A stretch of 64,000 nt of DNA from Pristiophorus japonicus (taxonomy: Eukaryota). The stretch's first letter is position 1; every line of letters begins with the position of its first letter. The stretch is taken from assembly GCF_044704955.1 (NCBI RefSeq), contig NC_091995.1:1922001-1986000 (forward strand), read 5' to 3'. The notes beneath the pieces are model-generated. The model worked only from the letters and a program-made list of their open reading frames with translations, did not search any database and was not told where the DNA came from. Of the stretch, positions 50,940 through 64,000 are shown piece by piece. Made by a program: the position numbers and the translations under genes.

Positions 50940-51767
50940 TTATATAATGTTGGAAAGTGTGAGGTCATGCACTTTGGCAGAAAAAAAATCAAAGAGCAAG
51001 TTATTATTTAAACGGAGAAAGATTGCAAAGTGCCGCAGTACAGAGGGACCTGGGGGTACTTGTGCATGAAACACAAAAGGTTAGTATGCAGGTACAGCAA
51101 GTGATCAGGAAGGCCAATGGAATCTTGGCCTTTATTGCAAAGGGGATGGAGTATAAAAGCAGGGAAGTCTTGCTACAGTTGTACAGGGTATTGGTGAGGC
51201 CACACCTGGAATACTGCGTGCAGTTTTGGTTTCCATATTTATGAAAGGATATACTTGCTTTGGAGGCAGTTCAGAGAAGGTTCACTCGGTTGATTCCGGA
51301 GATGAGGGAGTTGACTTATGAGGAAAGATTGAGGAGATTGTGCCTCTACTCATTGGAATTCAGAAGAACGGGAGGTGATCTTATCGAAACAAATAAGATT
51401 ATGAGGGGGCTTGCCAAGGTGGATGCAGAGAGGATGTTTCCACTGATGGGGGAGACTAGATCTAGGGGGCATAATCTTAGAATAAGGGGCCGCCCATTTA
51501 AAACTGAGATGAGGAGGAATTTCTTCTCTGAGGGTTGTTAATCTGTGGAATTCACTGCCTCAGAGAGCTGTGGAAGCTGGGACATTGAATAAATTTAAGA
51601 CAGAGATAGACAGTTTCTTAACCGATAAGGGGATAAGGGGTTATGGGGAGCGGGCAGGGAAGTGGAGCTGAGTCCATGATCGGATCAGCCATGATGGTAT
51701 TAAATGGTGGAGCAGGCTCGAGGGGCCGTATGGCCTACTCCTGCTCCTATTTCTTGTGTTCTTATGA
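50940..51767 (+). mobile_element. CR1 LINE 3' fragment
   Basis: ORFs 51023-51541 (RPHLEYCVQFW) and tail. Confidence 0.9.
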
Positions 51768-52517
51768 TTATGGGGGTGGATCGCCCTGCCCTGAAGCCCC
51801 GCCCCAACGTGGATTTGGGCCATGCACTCCTCCAAGCACTCTGCCTCCTTGGAGTGGCACTAGAGTTGGGTGCCTCCCCTTTAATTAAAGGGCAGGGCTG
51901 CCTTGCACACTACTACAGGCTCTTTAGAAGCCAGTCATTGGGCCACCAGGCACGCGGTTGACCGGGCCAGCTGCCCGGCACCCAAAGCGGAGTGCCGGCT
52001 TGCACCACGGCGGCCCGGTCCACGCTAGGGCCGCGATTGTTGGGCCGAGCCAAGAGTCACCCAGTAAAATAAAATGGATGCCCAGTGCGCTAAAGGCCTC
52101 CCCTTCAAGGGGCGCCCGGGTCGCGGATGTCCTCAAACTTTGCGGCCGGCGAAGCTTGCGCCGGCATCTGCCGGAACCATTTTCCCGCCCCCGCGGGGCG
52201 CAAAGGGGTCGGCGCGGGGTGGCGAGGAATCGGCGGGCACGGTGGTGACATCATCGGTGGTTGAGTACCAGCCCGGGGACCTTATCGCGGAGTGTGGCGC
52301 TCCTGGACGAAAACGCCACACTGCCAAATTAGTGTGTCAACGGAGGCGCTAATGGGGCTATAAAAACGGGACGTTTCAGTCCCTGTGTGTGTGTGTGTGT
52401 GAGAGATACAGAGATTTGAGAAGAACTTCACTGCACAAGGTTCCTATGACAACAGGACTGTATTTGAAACTTAGGATATTGGTGCCAGTTGCTTCAAATT
52501 TTCCCTCGTCTCTCGAA

Positions 52518-53235
52518 ATGTTTCAAGGACACCCTCAAAGCCTCCCTGATAAAGTGCGACATCCCCACCGACACCTGGGAGTCCCTGGGCCAAAGACCGC
52601 CCTAAATGGAGGAAGTGCATCCGGGAGGGCGCTGAGCACCTCGAGTCTCGTCGCCGAGAGCATGCAGAAACCAAGCGCAGGCAGCGGAAGGAGCGAAATC
52701 GAGGAAGACTTGCTTCCACTCCAAAAATGAGTTCTTAGGTGGCTGAACAGTCCAATACGAGAACCACAGTCCCTGTCACAGGTGGGGCAGACAGTGGTTG
52801 AGGGAAAGGGGAGGGTGGGACTGGTTTGCCGCACGCTCCTTCCGCTGCCTGCGCTTGGTTTCTGCATGCTCTCGGCGACGAGACTCGAGGTGCTCAGCGC
52901 CCTCCCGGATGCACTTCCTCCAATCAGGGCAGACTGGTCTTTGGCCAGGGACTCCCAGGTGTCGGTGGGGATGTCGCACTTTATCAGGGAGGTTTTGAGG
53001 GTGTCCCTGTAACGTTTCCTCTGCCCACCTTTGGCCGGTTTGCCGTGAAGGAGTTCCGAGTAGAGCGCTTGCTTTGGGAGTCTCGTGTCAGGCATGCAGA
53101 CAATGTGGCCCTGCCCAGCGGAGCTGGTCGAGTGTGGTCAGTGCTTCGATGCTGGGGATGTTGGGCCTGATCGAGGACGTTAACGTCGGTGCGTCTGTCC
53201 CCCCGGGGGATCTGCAGGATCTGGCGGACACATTG
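52518..53235. mobile_element. Two RTE fragments in inverted orientation (+ 52518-52695, - 52696-53235)
   Basis: Same RTE C-terminal sequence on both strands. Confidence 0.8.
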
Positions 53236-53792
53236 AAAGGGGATGTTGAAACGTACTCCTCAACATGTACTGGCAGAGTTTTACCCAAGAGATTCTGCTA
53301 AGGTTCAGTAAAGAGAGTGGAATATTTTTTCAAAATATGCTGCCCCTCCCCAGTTGCCCCATTTGCTGGTGCCCCTCCCCCAATCCCCACGTTTACCAGT
53401 AAGTGGGGGGGGGCTAAGTTGGTCGATGCTGGACCACGCGGACCAGGAAGGCCGGAGGTGCAATTTTGAGTTGGCTGATCGCAAGTCAGGATAGCAGTAA
53501 TTGCACTCAGAGGCCAGCAGTGAGGTTGGGGCCCGAGGCCAGAATATGCATGGTGACCAACCACCAAAGCATGAGCGGATGGAGAAAGCGCGGTAACAGC
53601 GCATAGGATCCTGTGCATGGAGTGCAGTATGCGGGAGCTGGGGTCGGGGGGGAACTGGGGTACAGAGTCAGTATTCTATGGACAGATACGCAAGCTGCTC
53701 TAAGATTAATGTGCTCACCTACACTGCGATCTGTGAAAACCAGGGAGAGAGGACCTGAGGGAGGGAGGGAGGGAGGGAGGGGATCAGTAGCA

Positions 53793-53828
<36 letters not shown>

Positions 53829-54234
53829 TAGGCCCATGCAGCAGAGCCTAGTCTCCAATCATCATGGATCCCCTTGCCAATGAACCAAAATCTTGCTCCA
53901 TCAAGCCCGTGTGGTGGCTGGTGTGCAACGGCCACCCCACGTGAAAAGAATTCACGCACAGGCATCTTCCACCCTCTAAAATGAAGTTCGGGACCTGGCC
54001 TGCATTGGTCTCCTCGGCCACCTTCGAACTCATTTTAGTGGTGGAAGCAAGTCATCCTCGACTCCGGGGGACTGCCAAAGAAGGAGAAGAAGAAAGGATG
54101 AGGGGGTAGTGGAGAGGCGGAGAGCTTTAGGCAGGGAGGGCCAGAGCTTAGGGCCCGGCTGAAGCCAGGGCCACCAATGGTAGAGCGATTATAATCAGCG
54201 ATGCTCCGGAGGCTAGAATTAAAGGAGTGCAGAG

Positions 54235-55310
54235 GTCTCAGAGGGTTGGCGGGCTGGAGGAGGTTACAGAGATAGAGAGGGCTGTAGGGCTGGAGGGGGT
54301 TACAGAGATGTGAAGGGTTGTAGGGGCTGGAGGAGGTTACAGAGCTAGGGAGGGGTGTAGGGGCTGGAGGATGTTACAGAGATAGGGAGGGGTGTAGGGG
54401 CTAGAGGAGGTTGCAGAGATAGGGAGGGGTGTAGGGGCTGGCGGAGGTTACAGAGATAGGGAGGGGTGTAGGGGCTGGAGGAGGTTACAGAGATAGAGAG
54501 GGGTGTAGGGGCTGGAGGAGGTTACAGAGATAGAGAGGGGTGTAGGGGCTAGAGGAGGTTACAGAGATAGGGAGGTGTGTAGGGACTGGAGAAGGTTACA
54601 GAGATAGGGAGGGGTGTAGGGCTGGAGGAGGTTACAGAGATAGGGAGGGGTGTAGTGGCTGGAGGGGGTTACAGAGATAGGGAGGGGTGTAGGGGCTGGA
54701 GGGGGTTACAGAGATAGGGAGGGGTGTAGGGCTGGAGGAGGTTACAGAGATAGGGAGGGGCGACAGGCTGGAGGAGGTTACAGAGATCGGGAGGGGTGTA
54801 GGGGCTGGAGGAGGTTACAGAGATAGGGAGGGGTGTAGGGCTGGAGGAGGTTACAGAGGTAGGGAGGGGTGTAGGGGCTGGAGGAGGTTACAGAGATAGG
54901 GAGGGGTGTAGGGGCTGGAGGGGGTTACAGAGATAGGGAGGGGCGACAGGCTGGAGGGGGTTACAGAGATAGGGAGGGGTGTAGGGCTGGAGGAGGTTAC
55001 AGAGATAGGGAGGGGTGTAGGGGCTGGAGGGGGTTACAGATAGGGAGGGGTGTAGGGCTGGAGGGGGTTACAGAGATAGGGAGGGGTGTAGGGGCTGGAG
55101 GAGGTTACAGAGATAGGGAGGGGTGTGGGGCTGGAGGGGGTTACAGAGACAGGGAGGGGTGTAGGGGCTGTAGGAGGTTACAGAGATAGGGAGGGGTGTA
55201 GGGCTGGAGGAGGTTACAGAGATAGGGAGGGGTGTAGGGGCTGGAGGAGGTTACAGAGATAGGGAGGGGTGTAGGGGCTGTAGGAGGTTACGGTGATAGG
55301 GAGGAGGTGT
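54235..55310. repeat. G-rich minisatellite, 37-38 bp unit GGGCTGGAGGAGGTTACAGAGATAGGGAGGGGTGTAG(G), within a minus-strand L2 remnant (about 54095-55520)
   Basis: About 28 near-identical head-to-tail units with no unique spacers. Confidence 0.95.
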
Positions 55311-55974
55311 GGCCTAGACAGGAGTTCAACACATGGAAGAGAGTTTTAAAACGGAGCCAGTGTACGTCAGTGAGCATGGTGGTTGATGGGTGATCTGGAG
55401 CGGATGTGAGTTTGGGCACGGACTACAGAGGATTAGAGGAGCTCAAGTTTATGGAGGGTGGAAGGTGAGAGGCGGCCAGGAGAGCTTTGGTGTCGTCAAG
55501 TCTAGAATTAACAAAGGCACGACCAGATGCAGACATTTTGTGTCCCCAAGCACGAGCTTTTAATCACCAGAGCCGATGGACAACTAAATCCCTTTCAACT
55601 TGAAAATGAATAGTACCTGCACATAAAAGCAACACAAGGCAGACATTCTCTCGCTCCCCCAGTCCCCGAGACTCGCACAGGCACACGTGGGCAAAGCTTG
55701 GACGTTTAAGCGGGAATGACAGTGGGGTGAAAATGGCTTCCAGATAACTGGTGGCGCGTGGGAACGAGAAATGAACGTGTCCGATTTGTCCTGAATTGAT
55801 TAAGGATCAGTTCGCAGTGGAGTGCAGTAACAACTTCTGTCAACAGTATCTGCAGCTGAACTCTGTTTGAAAAGAAGTCCCGAATGGCTGGAGATCCTGC
55901 AGGGAACTTGGAACTACGGACAGAGGCATCCTTCGGACAAACGCCGCTGACCAGAAAAAATCTACAAAAGTGCC

Positions 55975-57112
55975 TACAGCAAGTGATCAGGAAGGCAAAT
56001 AGAATGTTGGCCTTTATTGCAAGGGGGATGGAGTATAAAAGCAGGGAAGTCCTGCTACAACTGTACAGGGTAATGGTGAGGCCACACCTGGAGCACTGCG
56101 TACAGTTTTGGACTTCTTATTTAAGGAAGGATATACTTGCATTGGAGGTTGTTCAGAGAAGTTTCACTTGGTTGATTCCGGAGTTGACTTTTGAAGATAG
56201 GTTGAACATAAGAACATAAGAACATAAGAATTAGGAACAGGAGTAGGCCATCTAGCCCCTCGAGCCTGCTCCGCCATTCAACAAGATCATGGCTGATCTG
56301 GCCGTGGACTCAGCTCCACTTACCCGCCCGCTCCCCGTAACCCTTAATTCCCTTATTGGGTAAAAATCTATCTTTCTGTGATTTGAATACATTCAATGAG
56401 CTAGCCTCAACTGCTTCCTTGGGCAGAGAATTCCACAGATTCACAACCCTCTGGGAGAAGAAATTCCTTCTCAACTCGGTTTTAAATTGGCTCCCCCGTA
56501 TTTTGAGGTTGTGCCTCCTAGTTCTAGTCTCCCCGACCAGTGGAAACAACCTCTCTGCCTCTATCTTGTCTATCCCTTTCATTATTTTAAATGTTTCTAT
56601 AAGATCACCCCTCATCCTTCTGAACTCCAACGAGTAAAGACCCAGTCTACTCAATCTATCATCATAAGGTAACCCCCTCATCTCCAGAATCAGCCAAGTG
56701 AATTGTCTCTGTACCCCTCCAAAGCTAGTATATCCTTCCTTAAGTAAGGTGACCAAAACTGCACGCAGTACTCCAGGTGCGGCCTCACCAATATCCTGTA
56801 CAGTTGCAGCAGGACTTTCCTGCTTTTGTACTCCATCCCTCTCGCAATGAAGGCCAACATTCCATTCGCCTTCCTGATTACCTGCTGCACCTGCAAACTA
56901 ACTTTTTGGGATTCATGCACAAGGACCCCCAGGTCCCTCTGCACCGCAGCATGTTGTAGGTTGGGCCTCTACTCATTGGAATTCAGAAGAATGAGAGGTG
57001 ATCATATCGAAACTGAGTCCATGATCAGATCTGCCATGATCTTACTAAATGGCGGAGCAGGCTCGAGGGGCCAGGTGGCCTGCTCCTGCTCCTATTTCTT
57101 ATGTTCTTATGT
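55975..57112. mobile_element. Plus-strand CR1 fragment interrupted by a minus-strand CR1 (56208-56957)
   Basis: ORFs 55884-56219 (+) and 56310-56944 (-); host resumes at taggttgggcc 56958. Confidence 0.85.
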
Positions 57113-57564
57113 ACCTGGTGGTCACGGAGGAACCTACAATTGTGGTCAGAGACCTCCATTTGCTGTGCAGCGTATGGAAGATGAGTTCCACATATGTACG
57201 GAAATGCTGGGATCATGTGGGCCTGGACCACCAATCACTTTGGGAACTCCGTTTGTACGAGCTCCCATTACTATCAATGAGAACCCTCCCCTAAGACAAG
57301 GAACACAACATAATGGGGGGAAAATTGCGGTCAGAGGCTTCATTCGTACGAACGCATCTGACCCAAAATAAATCTACGAAACTACCTGTTCGTCCCGAAC
57401 AAACGTACAATTCCGGTCTGAGTTCTTCATTTGCTGCACAGCGAACGGGGATCTGTCTTCCACGTTTGGACGTCTGTGTTGGAATCACGTGGGCCTGGAC
57501 CGCCAACCACGATGCAGTATTCTCAATGATCATAATGGGAACTCCATTTGTACGAGTAAAGAAA

Positions 57565-58297
57565 CAGAGTTAACGTTTCAGGTCGATGACATTTTGTCAG
57601 AAACGTATGAAGTTAGAGATGTAACAGGTTTTAAGCAAATGTAGGGGCAAGAAACGGGGAGGAAAGAACAAAAGGGAAGGTCTGATAGGGTGGAAGGAAA
57701 GAGAGATTAAATGACAAAAGGGATGATGGTGAAAAGCAAAAGGTGATGGCAATGGACATCATCATCATTGTAGGTAGTCCCTCGGAATCGAGGAAGACTT
57801 GCTTCCACTCTAAAAATGAGTTCTTAGGTGACTAAACAGTCCAATACGAGAACCACAGTCCCTGTCAAGGGTGGGACAGATATTCATTGAGGGAAAGGGC
57901 GGGGAGTCTGGTTTGCCGCACGCTCCTTCCGCTGCCTGCGCTTGGTTTCTGCACGCTCTCGGCGATGAGACTCGAGGTGCTCAGCGCCCTCCCGGATGCA
58001 CTTCCTCCACTTAGGGCGGTCTTGGGCCAGGGGCTCCCAGGTGTCGGTGGGGATGTTGCATTTTATCAAGGAGGCTTGGAGGGTGTCCTTGAAACGTTTC
58101 CCCTGCCCACCTGGGGTTCGCTTGCTGTGAAGGAGTTCCGAGTAGAGCACTTGCTTTGGGAGTCTTGTGTCAGGCATGCGAACAATGTGGCCCGCCCAGC
58201 GGAGCTGATCGAGTGTGGTCACTGCTCCAATGCTGGGGATGTTAGCCTGGACAAGAACGCTAATGTTGGGACAAGGTAAAGAAACAAAATATGTGCC
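57565..58297 (-). mobile_element. Penelope 3' fragment interrupted by an RTE fragment (57758-58268)
   Basis: Homology to 19900-20120; RTE ORF 57884-58381 and (GAT)n tail. Confidence 0.7.
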
Positions 58298-58999
58298 AAC
58301 GTATAGCCCCATCCTTCCTGGTTTGGATTCGAGTCCTTTCCAGGGAACATAGTCTGGAATTCCTCTTTGAATATTACCCAACCAGCAACTAACTTTATGA
58401 TGTTCCTTAAGCTTTTATTTTAGAATTGGGCAACCTATACTCATGGCTCCCATATGCCGAGAATGAATATAAAAGTATCTGTGAATCCATTGGAAATAGA
58501 TGGAGTGGTCACTTGATGAATGAGCTGTGAGTGGGCTGTCGCCTCATTGCTCATTGGGGAACATCACACACTAGGCCTGTTCCAAAGGGTCGAGTGGTTT
58601 ATACCGAGGAAGGAAAACATGGAGGATATTCAGCCCCTTGAGTCTACTCCATCATTCAATGAGATCATGGCTGATCTGTGACCAAACTCCATATACCCAA
58701 CTTTGCTTCATATCCCTTAAGAACTTTGCTTAACAGGAAGCTACCAATCTCGGATTTAAAATTAACAATTGACCCAGCATCAATTGCCATTTGCGGAGAG
58801 AGTTCCAAACGTCTACCACCCTGTGTGTGTCGAAGTGTTTCCTTATTTCACTCCTGAAAGGTCTGGCTCTAATTTTTAGACTGTGCCCACTGGTCATGTT
58901 AATTCCAACCAACGGAAGTAGTTTCGACAGCCGGAATCTGCCACTGGGAATATTGAAACAGAGAAAAATAAATAAAACTCACAACCTGAGCCGGGACCA

Positions 59000-61900
59000 A
59001 TATTCCCACGGCGGGAGGGGGGGGCGGTTTGCTAGTGCTGTTGGGGAGGGTTTAAACTAGCTTGGCAGGTGGATGGGAACCTGAAAATAGATTCAGTCGG
59101 GAGGGGAGTAAAGCTGGAATTAGAAAGCAAAAATAAAGAAAGTGAGCTTGGATGAGAGAGGAATTAAGCAGGAAAAAAGGGTAAAAAAACAAATCAAATG
59201 GCACTTTGTCTAAATGCACGTAGTATTCGTAACAAAATAAATGAGTTGATGGCACAAATAAAGGCAAATGGGTATGATCTGATAGCCATTACATAGACGT
59301 GGCTGCAAGGTGACCAGGACTGGGAATTAAATATTCAGGGGTATTGACAATCTGGAAGGACAGACAGAAAGGAAAAGGAGGTGGGGTAGCTCTACTGATA
59401 AAGGATGGAATCACTGCAATAGTAAGAAAAATAATATTGGCTCAAATGATCAGGATGTTGAAACATTTTGGTGGAGATAAGGAACAATAAGGGGAAAATG
59501 TCACTGGTGGGCGTAGTCTATAGGCCCCCTAACAGTAGCAATTCTGTTGGTCGGAGTATAAACCAGGAAATAGTGGGGGCTTGTAAAAAGGGAACAGCAA
59601 TAATCAAGGGTGATTTTAACTTCCATATTGATTGGATAAATCAAATTGCTCAGGGTAGCCTTGAGGAAGAGTTCATGGACTGCATAAGGGATGGGTTCCT
59701 TGAGCAGTATGTAACGGAACCAACCAAGAGACAGGCTATCTTCGATCTGGTCCTGTGTAATGAGACAGGATTAATAAACAATCTCCTAGTAAAGAATCCC
59801 CTTGGAATGAGTGATCATAGCATGATTGAGTTTCAAATCCAGATGGTGGCTGAGAAAGTTGGATCTCAAACCAGCGTACTAAGCTTAAATAAAGGAGACT
59901 ATGAAGGTATGAGGGCAGAGTTGGCTAAAGTGGGCTGGGAAAATAGATTATAAAGTGTAGGACGGTTGATGAACAGTGGTGTACATTTAAGGAGATATTT
60001 CACAACTCGCAAAAAATATATTCCAGTGAGGAGGAAAGGGTGTAAGAGAAAAGATACTCATCCGTGGCTAACTAAAGAAATAAAGGACGGTATCAAATTA
60101 AAAACCAGGGCATACAAAGTGACCAAAACTAGTGGGAGACAGAAGATTGGGAAGCTATTAAAAGCCAGCAAAGAATGACTAAAAAAATGATTGAGAAAGG
60201 GAAGATAGACTATGAAAGTAAACTAGCATGAAATATAAAAACAGATAGTGAGAGTTTCTATAGATATATACAAAGGAAAAGGGTAGCTAATGTAAATATT
60301 GCTCCCTTAGAGGACAAGACCGTGGAATTAATAATGGGGAACATGGAGATGGCAGAAACTCTGAACAAATATTTTGTATTAGTCTTTACAGTGGAGGACA
60401 CTAACAATATCCCAACAGTGGATAGACAAGGGGGTGATACTCAGTAAGATGATGGGACTAAAGGCAGATAAATCCCCTGGACCTGATGGCTTGCATCCTT
60501 GGATCTTAAGAGAAGTAGCGGCAGGGACAGTGGATGCATTGGTTGTAATTTACCAAAATTCCCTGGAGTCTGGGTGGGGGGGGGGCGGGTGGGGGGGAGA
60601 GGGGGGGCGGTCCCAGCAGATTGGAAAACTGCAAATGTAATGCCCCTATTTAAAAAAGGAGGCAGACAAAAAGCAGGAAACTATTGACCAGTTAGCCTAA
60701 CATCTGTGGTTGGGAAAATGTTGGTGTCCATTATTAAAGAAGCAGTAGCAGGACATTTGGAAAAACATAATTCAGTCAGGCAGAGTCAGCATGGATTTAT
60801 GAAGGGGAAGTGATGTTTGACAAATTTGCTGGAATTCTTTGAGGATGTAACGAACAGGGTGGATAAAGGGGAACCAGAGGATGTGGTGTATTTGGACTTT
60901 CAAAAGGCATTTGACAAGGTGCCACATAAAAGGTTACTGCACAAGATGAAAGTTCAGGGGTTGGGGGTAATATATTAGCATGGATAGAGGATTGGCTAAC
61001 TAACAGAAAACAGAGAGTCGGGATAAATGGTTCATTCTCGGGTTGGCAATCAGTAACTGCTGGGATGCCGCAGGGATCAGTGCTGGGACCCCAACTATTT
61101 ACAATCTATATTAACGAATTGGAGGAAGGGACTGAGTGTAACATGGCTAAGTTTGCTGACGATACAAAGATGGGAGGAAAAACAATGTGTGAGGACACAC
61201 AAAATCTGCAAAAGGACACAGACAGGCTAAGTGAGTGGGCAAAAATTTGGCGATTGAATATAATGTTGGAAAGTGTTAGGTCATGCACTGTGGCAGAAAA
61301 AAATCAAAGAGCAAGTTATTATTTAAATGGAGAAAGATTGCGAAGTGCTGCAGTACAGCGGGACCTGGGGGTACTTGTGCATGAAACACAAAAGGTTAGT
61401 ATGCAGGTACAGCAAGTGATCAGGAAGGCCAATGGAATGTTGGCCTTTATTGCAAAGGGGATGGAGTATAAAAGCAGAGAAGTCTTGCTACAGTTATACA
61501 TGGTCTTAGTGAGGCTTGGGAACCATTGCAGGCATCTCTGGCAGTACTGAGCGCCTGCTGTAATTAAACAGACAACAGCGTCACCAGGAGGCAGCAATGG
61601 GAAACACAGACACAAAAAACATCTATTGTAAATTTTGAGATACTGTGTGCAGTTTTGGTTTCCATATTTACAAAAGGATATACTTGTTTTGGAGGCAGTT
61701 CAGAGAAGGTTCACTCGGTTGATTCCGGGGATGAGGGGGTTAACTTATGAGGAAAGGTTGAGTAGGTTGGGCCTCTACTCATTGGAATTCAGAACAATGA
61801 GAGGTGATCTTATTGAAACATATAAGATTATGAGGGGGCTTGACAAGGTGGATGCAGAGAGGATGTTTCCACTGATGGGGGAGACTAGAACTAGGGGTCA

Positions 61901-62200
61901 TGATCTGAGAATAAGGGGCCGCCCATTTAAAACTGAGATGAGGAGGAATTGCTTCTCTCAGAGGGTTGTCAATCTGTAGAATTCGCTGCCTCAGAGAGCT
62001 GTGGAAGCCGGGACATTGAATAAATTTAAGACAGAAATAGACAGTTTCTTAACCGATACGGAATTAAGGGGTTATGGGGAGCGGGCAGGGAAGTGGAGCT
62101 GAGTCCATGATCGGATCAGCCATGATCGTATTAAATGGTGGAGCAGGCTCGAGGGGCCGTATGGCAGACTCCTGCTCCTATTTCTTATGTTCTTATGTTC
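59000..62200 (+). mobile_element. Near full-length ORF2 CR1 LINE (degenerate)
   Basis: Endonuclease (YRPP, GDFN, SDH), RT (PQGSVLGP, FADD), C-terminus and (TTCTTATG)n tail; foreign 61517-61640 segment inside. Confidence 0.9.
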
Positions 62201-62401
62201 TTACGTACATCGACCTGCAAAACCCTTTCGTAATATTAAAGACCTCTATCAGGTCATCCCTCAGCTTTCCCCTTTCTGGAGAAAAACGCCCCAGCCTGTT
62301 TAATCTTTCCTGATAATTATAACCTCCCATCCTTGTAAATCCATTCTGCACCTCCTCCAATACCCCTATTTCCTTTTTATATGGAAAGCAGTACAGTTGA
62401 C

Positions 62402-62810
62402 AGGGGCCGAATCATTCTTGAGGCTGTCAGTCCGCAGACAGGATGCTATGATGTGTCACCATCTCCAATATTGTTCTATTATGCGACAGTCGAGATGGCA
62501 GAAGGGGAACTTGGTGGGCCTCAGTCCTTTTCGGTTTGCAGTTCCTGTGTCCCTTTGTTTGCATCGGGCTGAACTGAAAATACCTGTCTCTGGGCGTGTG
62601 TGCCACCCCTCGGGGTCCCTGGCTTTAAGGGAGTACTACTTTCATTGTACATTACTGGGAACCGCTGCAGGAATCCCTGGCAGTACCGAGCGCCTGCTGT
62701 AACTGAACAGACAACATTATCACCAGAGGCAGCAACTGGAAACACAGACACAAAGCACCGATTGTAAACTTTGAGATAAATTCCTGCCGATCCGTCCCTC
62801 CGTCTGTCTG
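62402..62810 (+). repeat. Cluster-associated non-coding block upstream of TRIM C
   Basis: Paralog of 39690-40095; followed by a (TCTG/TCTA)-type microsatellite at about 62800-62876. Confidence 0.85.
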
Positions 62811-63022
62811 TCTATCAATCCCTGTCTGTCTATCAATCCCTGTCTGTCTATCAATCTCTGTCTGTCTATCTATCTGTTCCAAGAGAGATTTTAAACACTC
62901 CCCTGTGCACTGGTAAACAATTTAGTACTGACAAGAACGGGCACGTTTTTTGCGGTAACAGGCTGGGTCCACCCGATGACAAGCTTAAGCTGAGTTTGAA
63001 TCAGGAAGTGCTGAGAGGGAAC

Positions 63023-63624
63023 ATGGCATCCACGCAGCCAGCAGCCGAGAGTTTGGCCGATGAATTAATCTGTCCGGTTTGCCTGGATTTGTTCAGAGAT
63101 CCGGTTACACTGGAGTGTGGGCACAACTTCTGCCGCTCCTGTATCACACAGTGCTGCGAAAAGACGGAGACAAACTCCTGCCCGGAATGCAGAGAGCAGT
63201 TTCCGGAAATAAACCTCAGGGTTAATCGGGCCTTGGCGAATCTGGCGGAGAAAGTTCGCAATCTGAAGCTGGATCCGGAAAAGAAGGAAAGTAAACATCG
63301 CTGTGAGGAACATCAGGAAGAACTGACGCTGTTCTGTGAAACTGACAAGAAACTGATCTGTGTGAGGTGTCTTGTTGCTAAAGACCAGCGGGGTCACAAG
63401 TCCCACAACTTCATGGAGATAGACGAGGCTGCGCAGATGTACAGGGTACAGTGGGAGGGTACAATCTCTGGCAACATTTAAAAAATCTGTTTCGCATTAA
63501 ACTTTACATTGTTACTTTCTAATTGCAGGATAAACTGAAATCATCCCTGGAATCGGCTACAAAGAGAAAGGATTCGGCTCAGGACACCGCACGGCAGCAG
63601 GAACAGCAGATTTCCGGAGTTAGG
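63023..63624 (+). CDS. TRIM gene C, exons 1-2: join(63023-63445,63529-63624); continues beyond the window
   Basis: Intact RING (CPVC..CGHNFCRSC..CPEC) and B-box; 96-nt exon 2 nearly identical to that of gene A. Confidence 0.92.
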
Positions 63625-63629
63625 GTAAG

Positions 63630-64000
63630 CATAAGAACATAAGAAATAGGAGCAGGAGTAGGCCATACGGCCCCTCGAGCCTGCTCCGCCATTTAATACG
63701 ATCATGGCTGATCCGATCATGGACTCAGCTCCACTTCCCTGCCCGCTCCCTTATCCCCTTATCGTTTAAGAAACTGTCTATTTCTGTCTTAAATTTATTC
63801 AATGTCCCAGCTTCCACAGCTCTCTGGGGCAGCGAATTCCACAGATTTACAACCCTCTGAGAGAAGAAATTTCTCCTCATCGCAGTTTTAAATGGGCGGC
63901 CCCTTATTCTCAGATCATGCCCCCTAGTTCTGGTCTCCCCCATCAATGGAAACATCCTCTCTGCATCCACCTTGTCAAGCCCCCTCATAATTTTATACGT
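63630..64000 (-). mobile_element. CR1 3' end in TRIM C intron 2
   Basis: Inverted (TTCTTATG)n tail starts about 5 nt after the donor; ORF 63725-63988. Confidence 0.9.

Noticed and set aside
51774-52382. CpG-rich segments with short ORFs (also 24761-25400) as promoters or genes
   Set aside because: No recognisable protein; they resemble GC-rich non-autonomous DNA transposon fragments, and boundaries could not be fixed.
54235-55310. Regular 37-38 bp repeats resembling a CRISPR array
   Set aside because: Head-to-tail units with no unique spacers, no cas genes, vertebrate DNA; it is a minisatellite.

Overview
Repeat-rich vertebrate genomic DNA, most likely from a cartilaginous fish (inferred from SacSINE1/DeuSINE-like SINEs, abundant CR1, RTE and Penelope elements, and the TRIM exon structure). 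The host content is a tandem, same-strand cluster of class IV TRIM genes (RING, B-box, coiled coil, PRY/SPRY B30.2). It comprises a pseudogene remnant (exons 1-3, 446-978), an intact 6-exon gene A (28687-38246, 478 aa, ISRE- and kB-like sites upstream, RING His replaced by Tyr), an intact but headless exon 4-5-6 cassette B (43050-48905) that is splice-phase compatible with exon 3 of gene A, traces of another decayed copy (58.3-59.0 kb), and the first two exons of gene C (from 63023). The remainder is nested mobile DNA: many CR1 LINEs, L2, RTE, Tx1-clade LINEs, Penelope elements, SINEs, MITEs, solo LTRs, a Gypsy LTR element and two minisatellites. There is also a decayed retrovirus-like element (16.7-19.6 kb) whose envelope is laid out like a paramyxo/pneumovirus F protein. 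All calls come from reading and hand-translating the sequence. No searches were run, and repeat boundaries are approximate unless a TSD or TIR is given.
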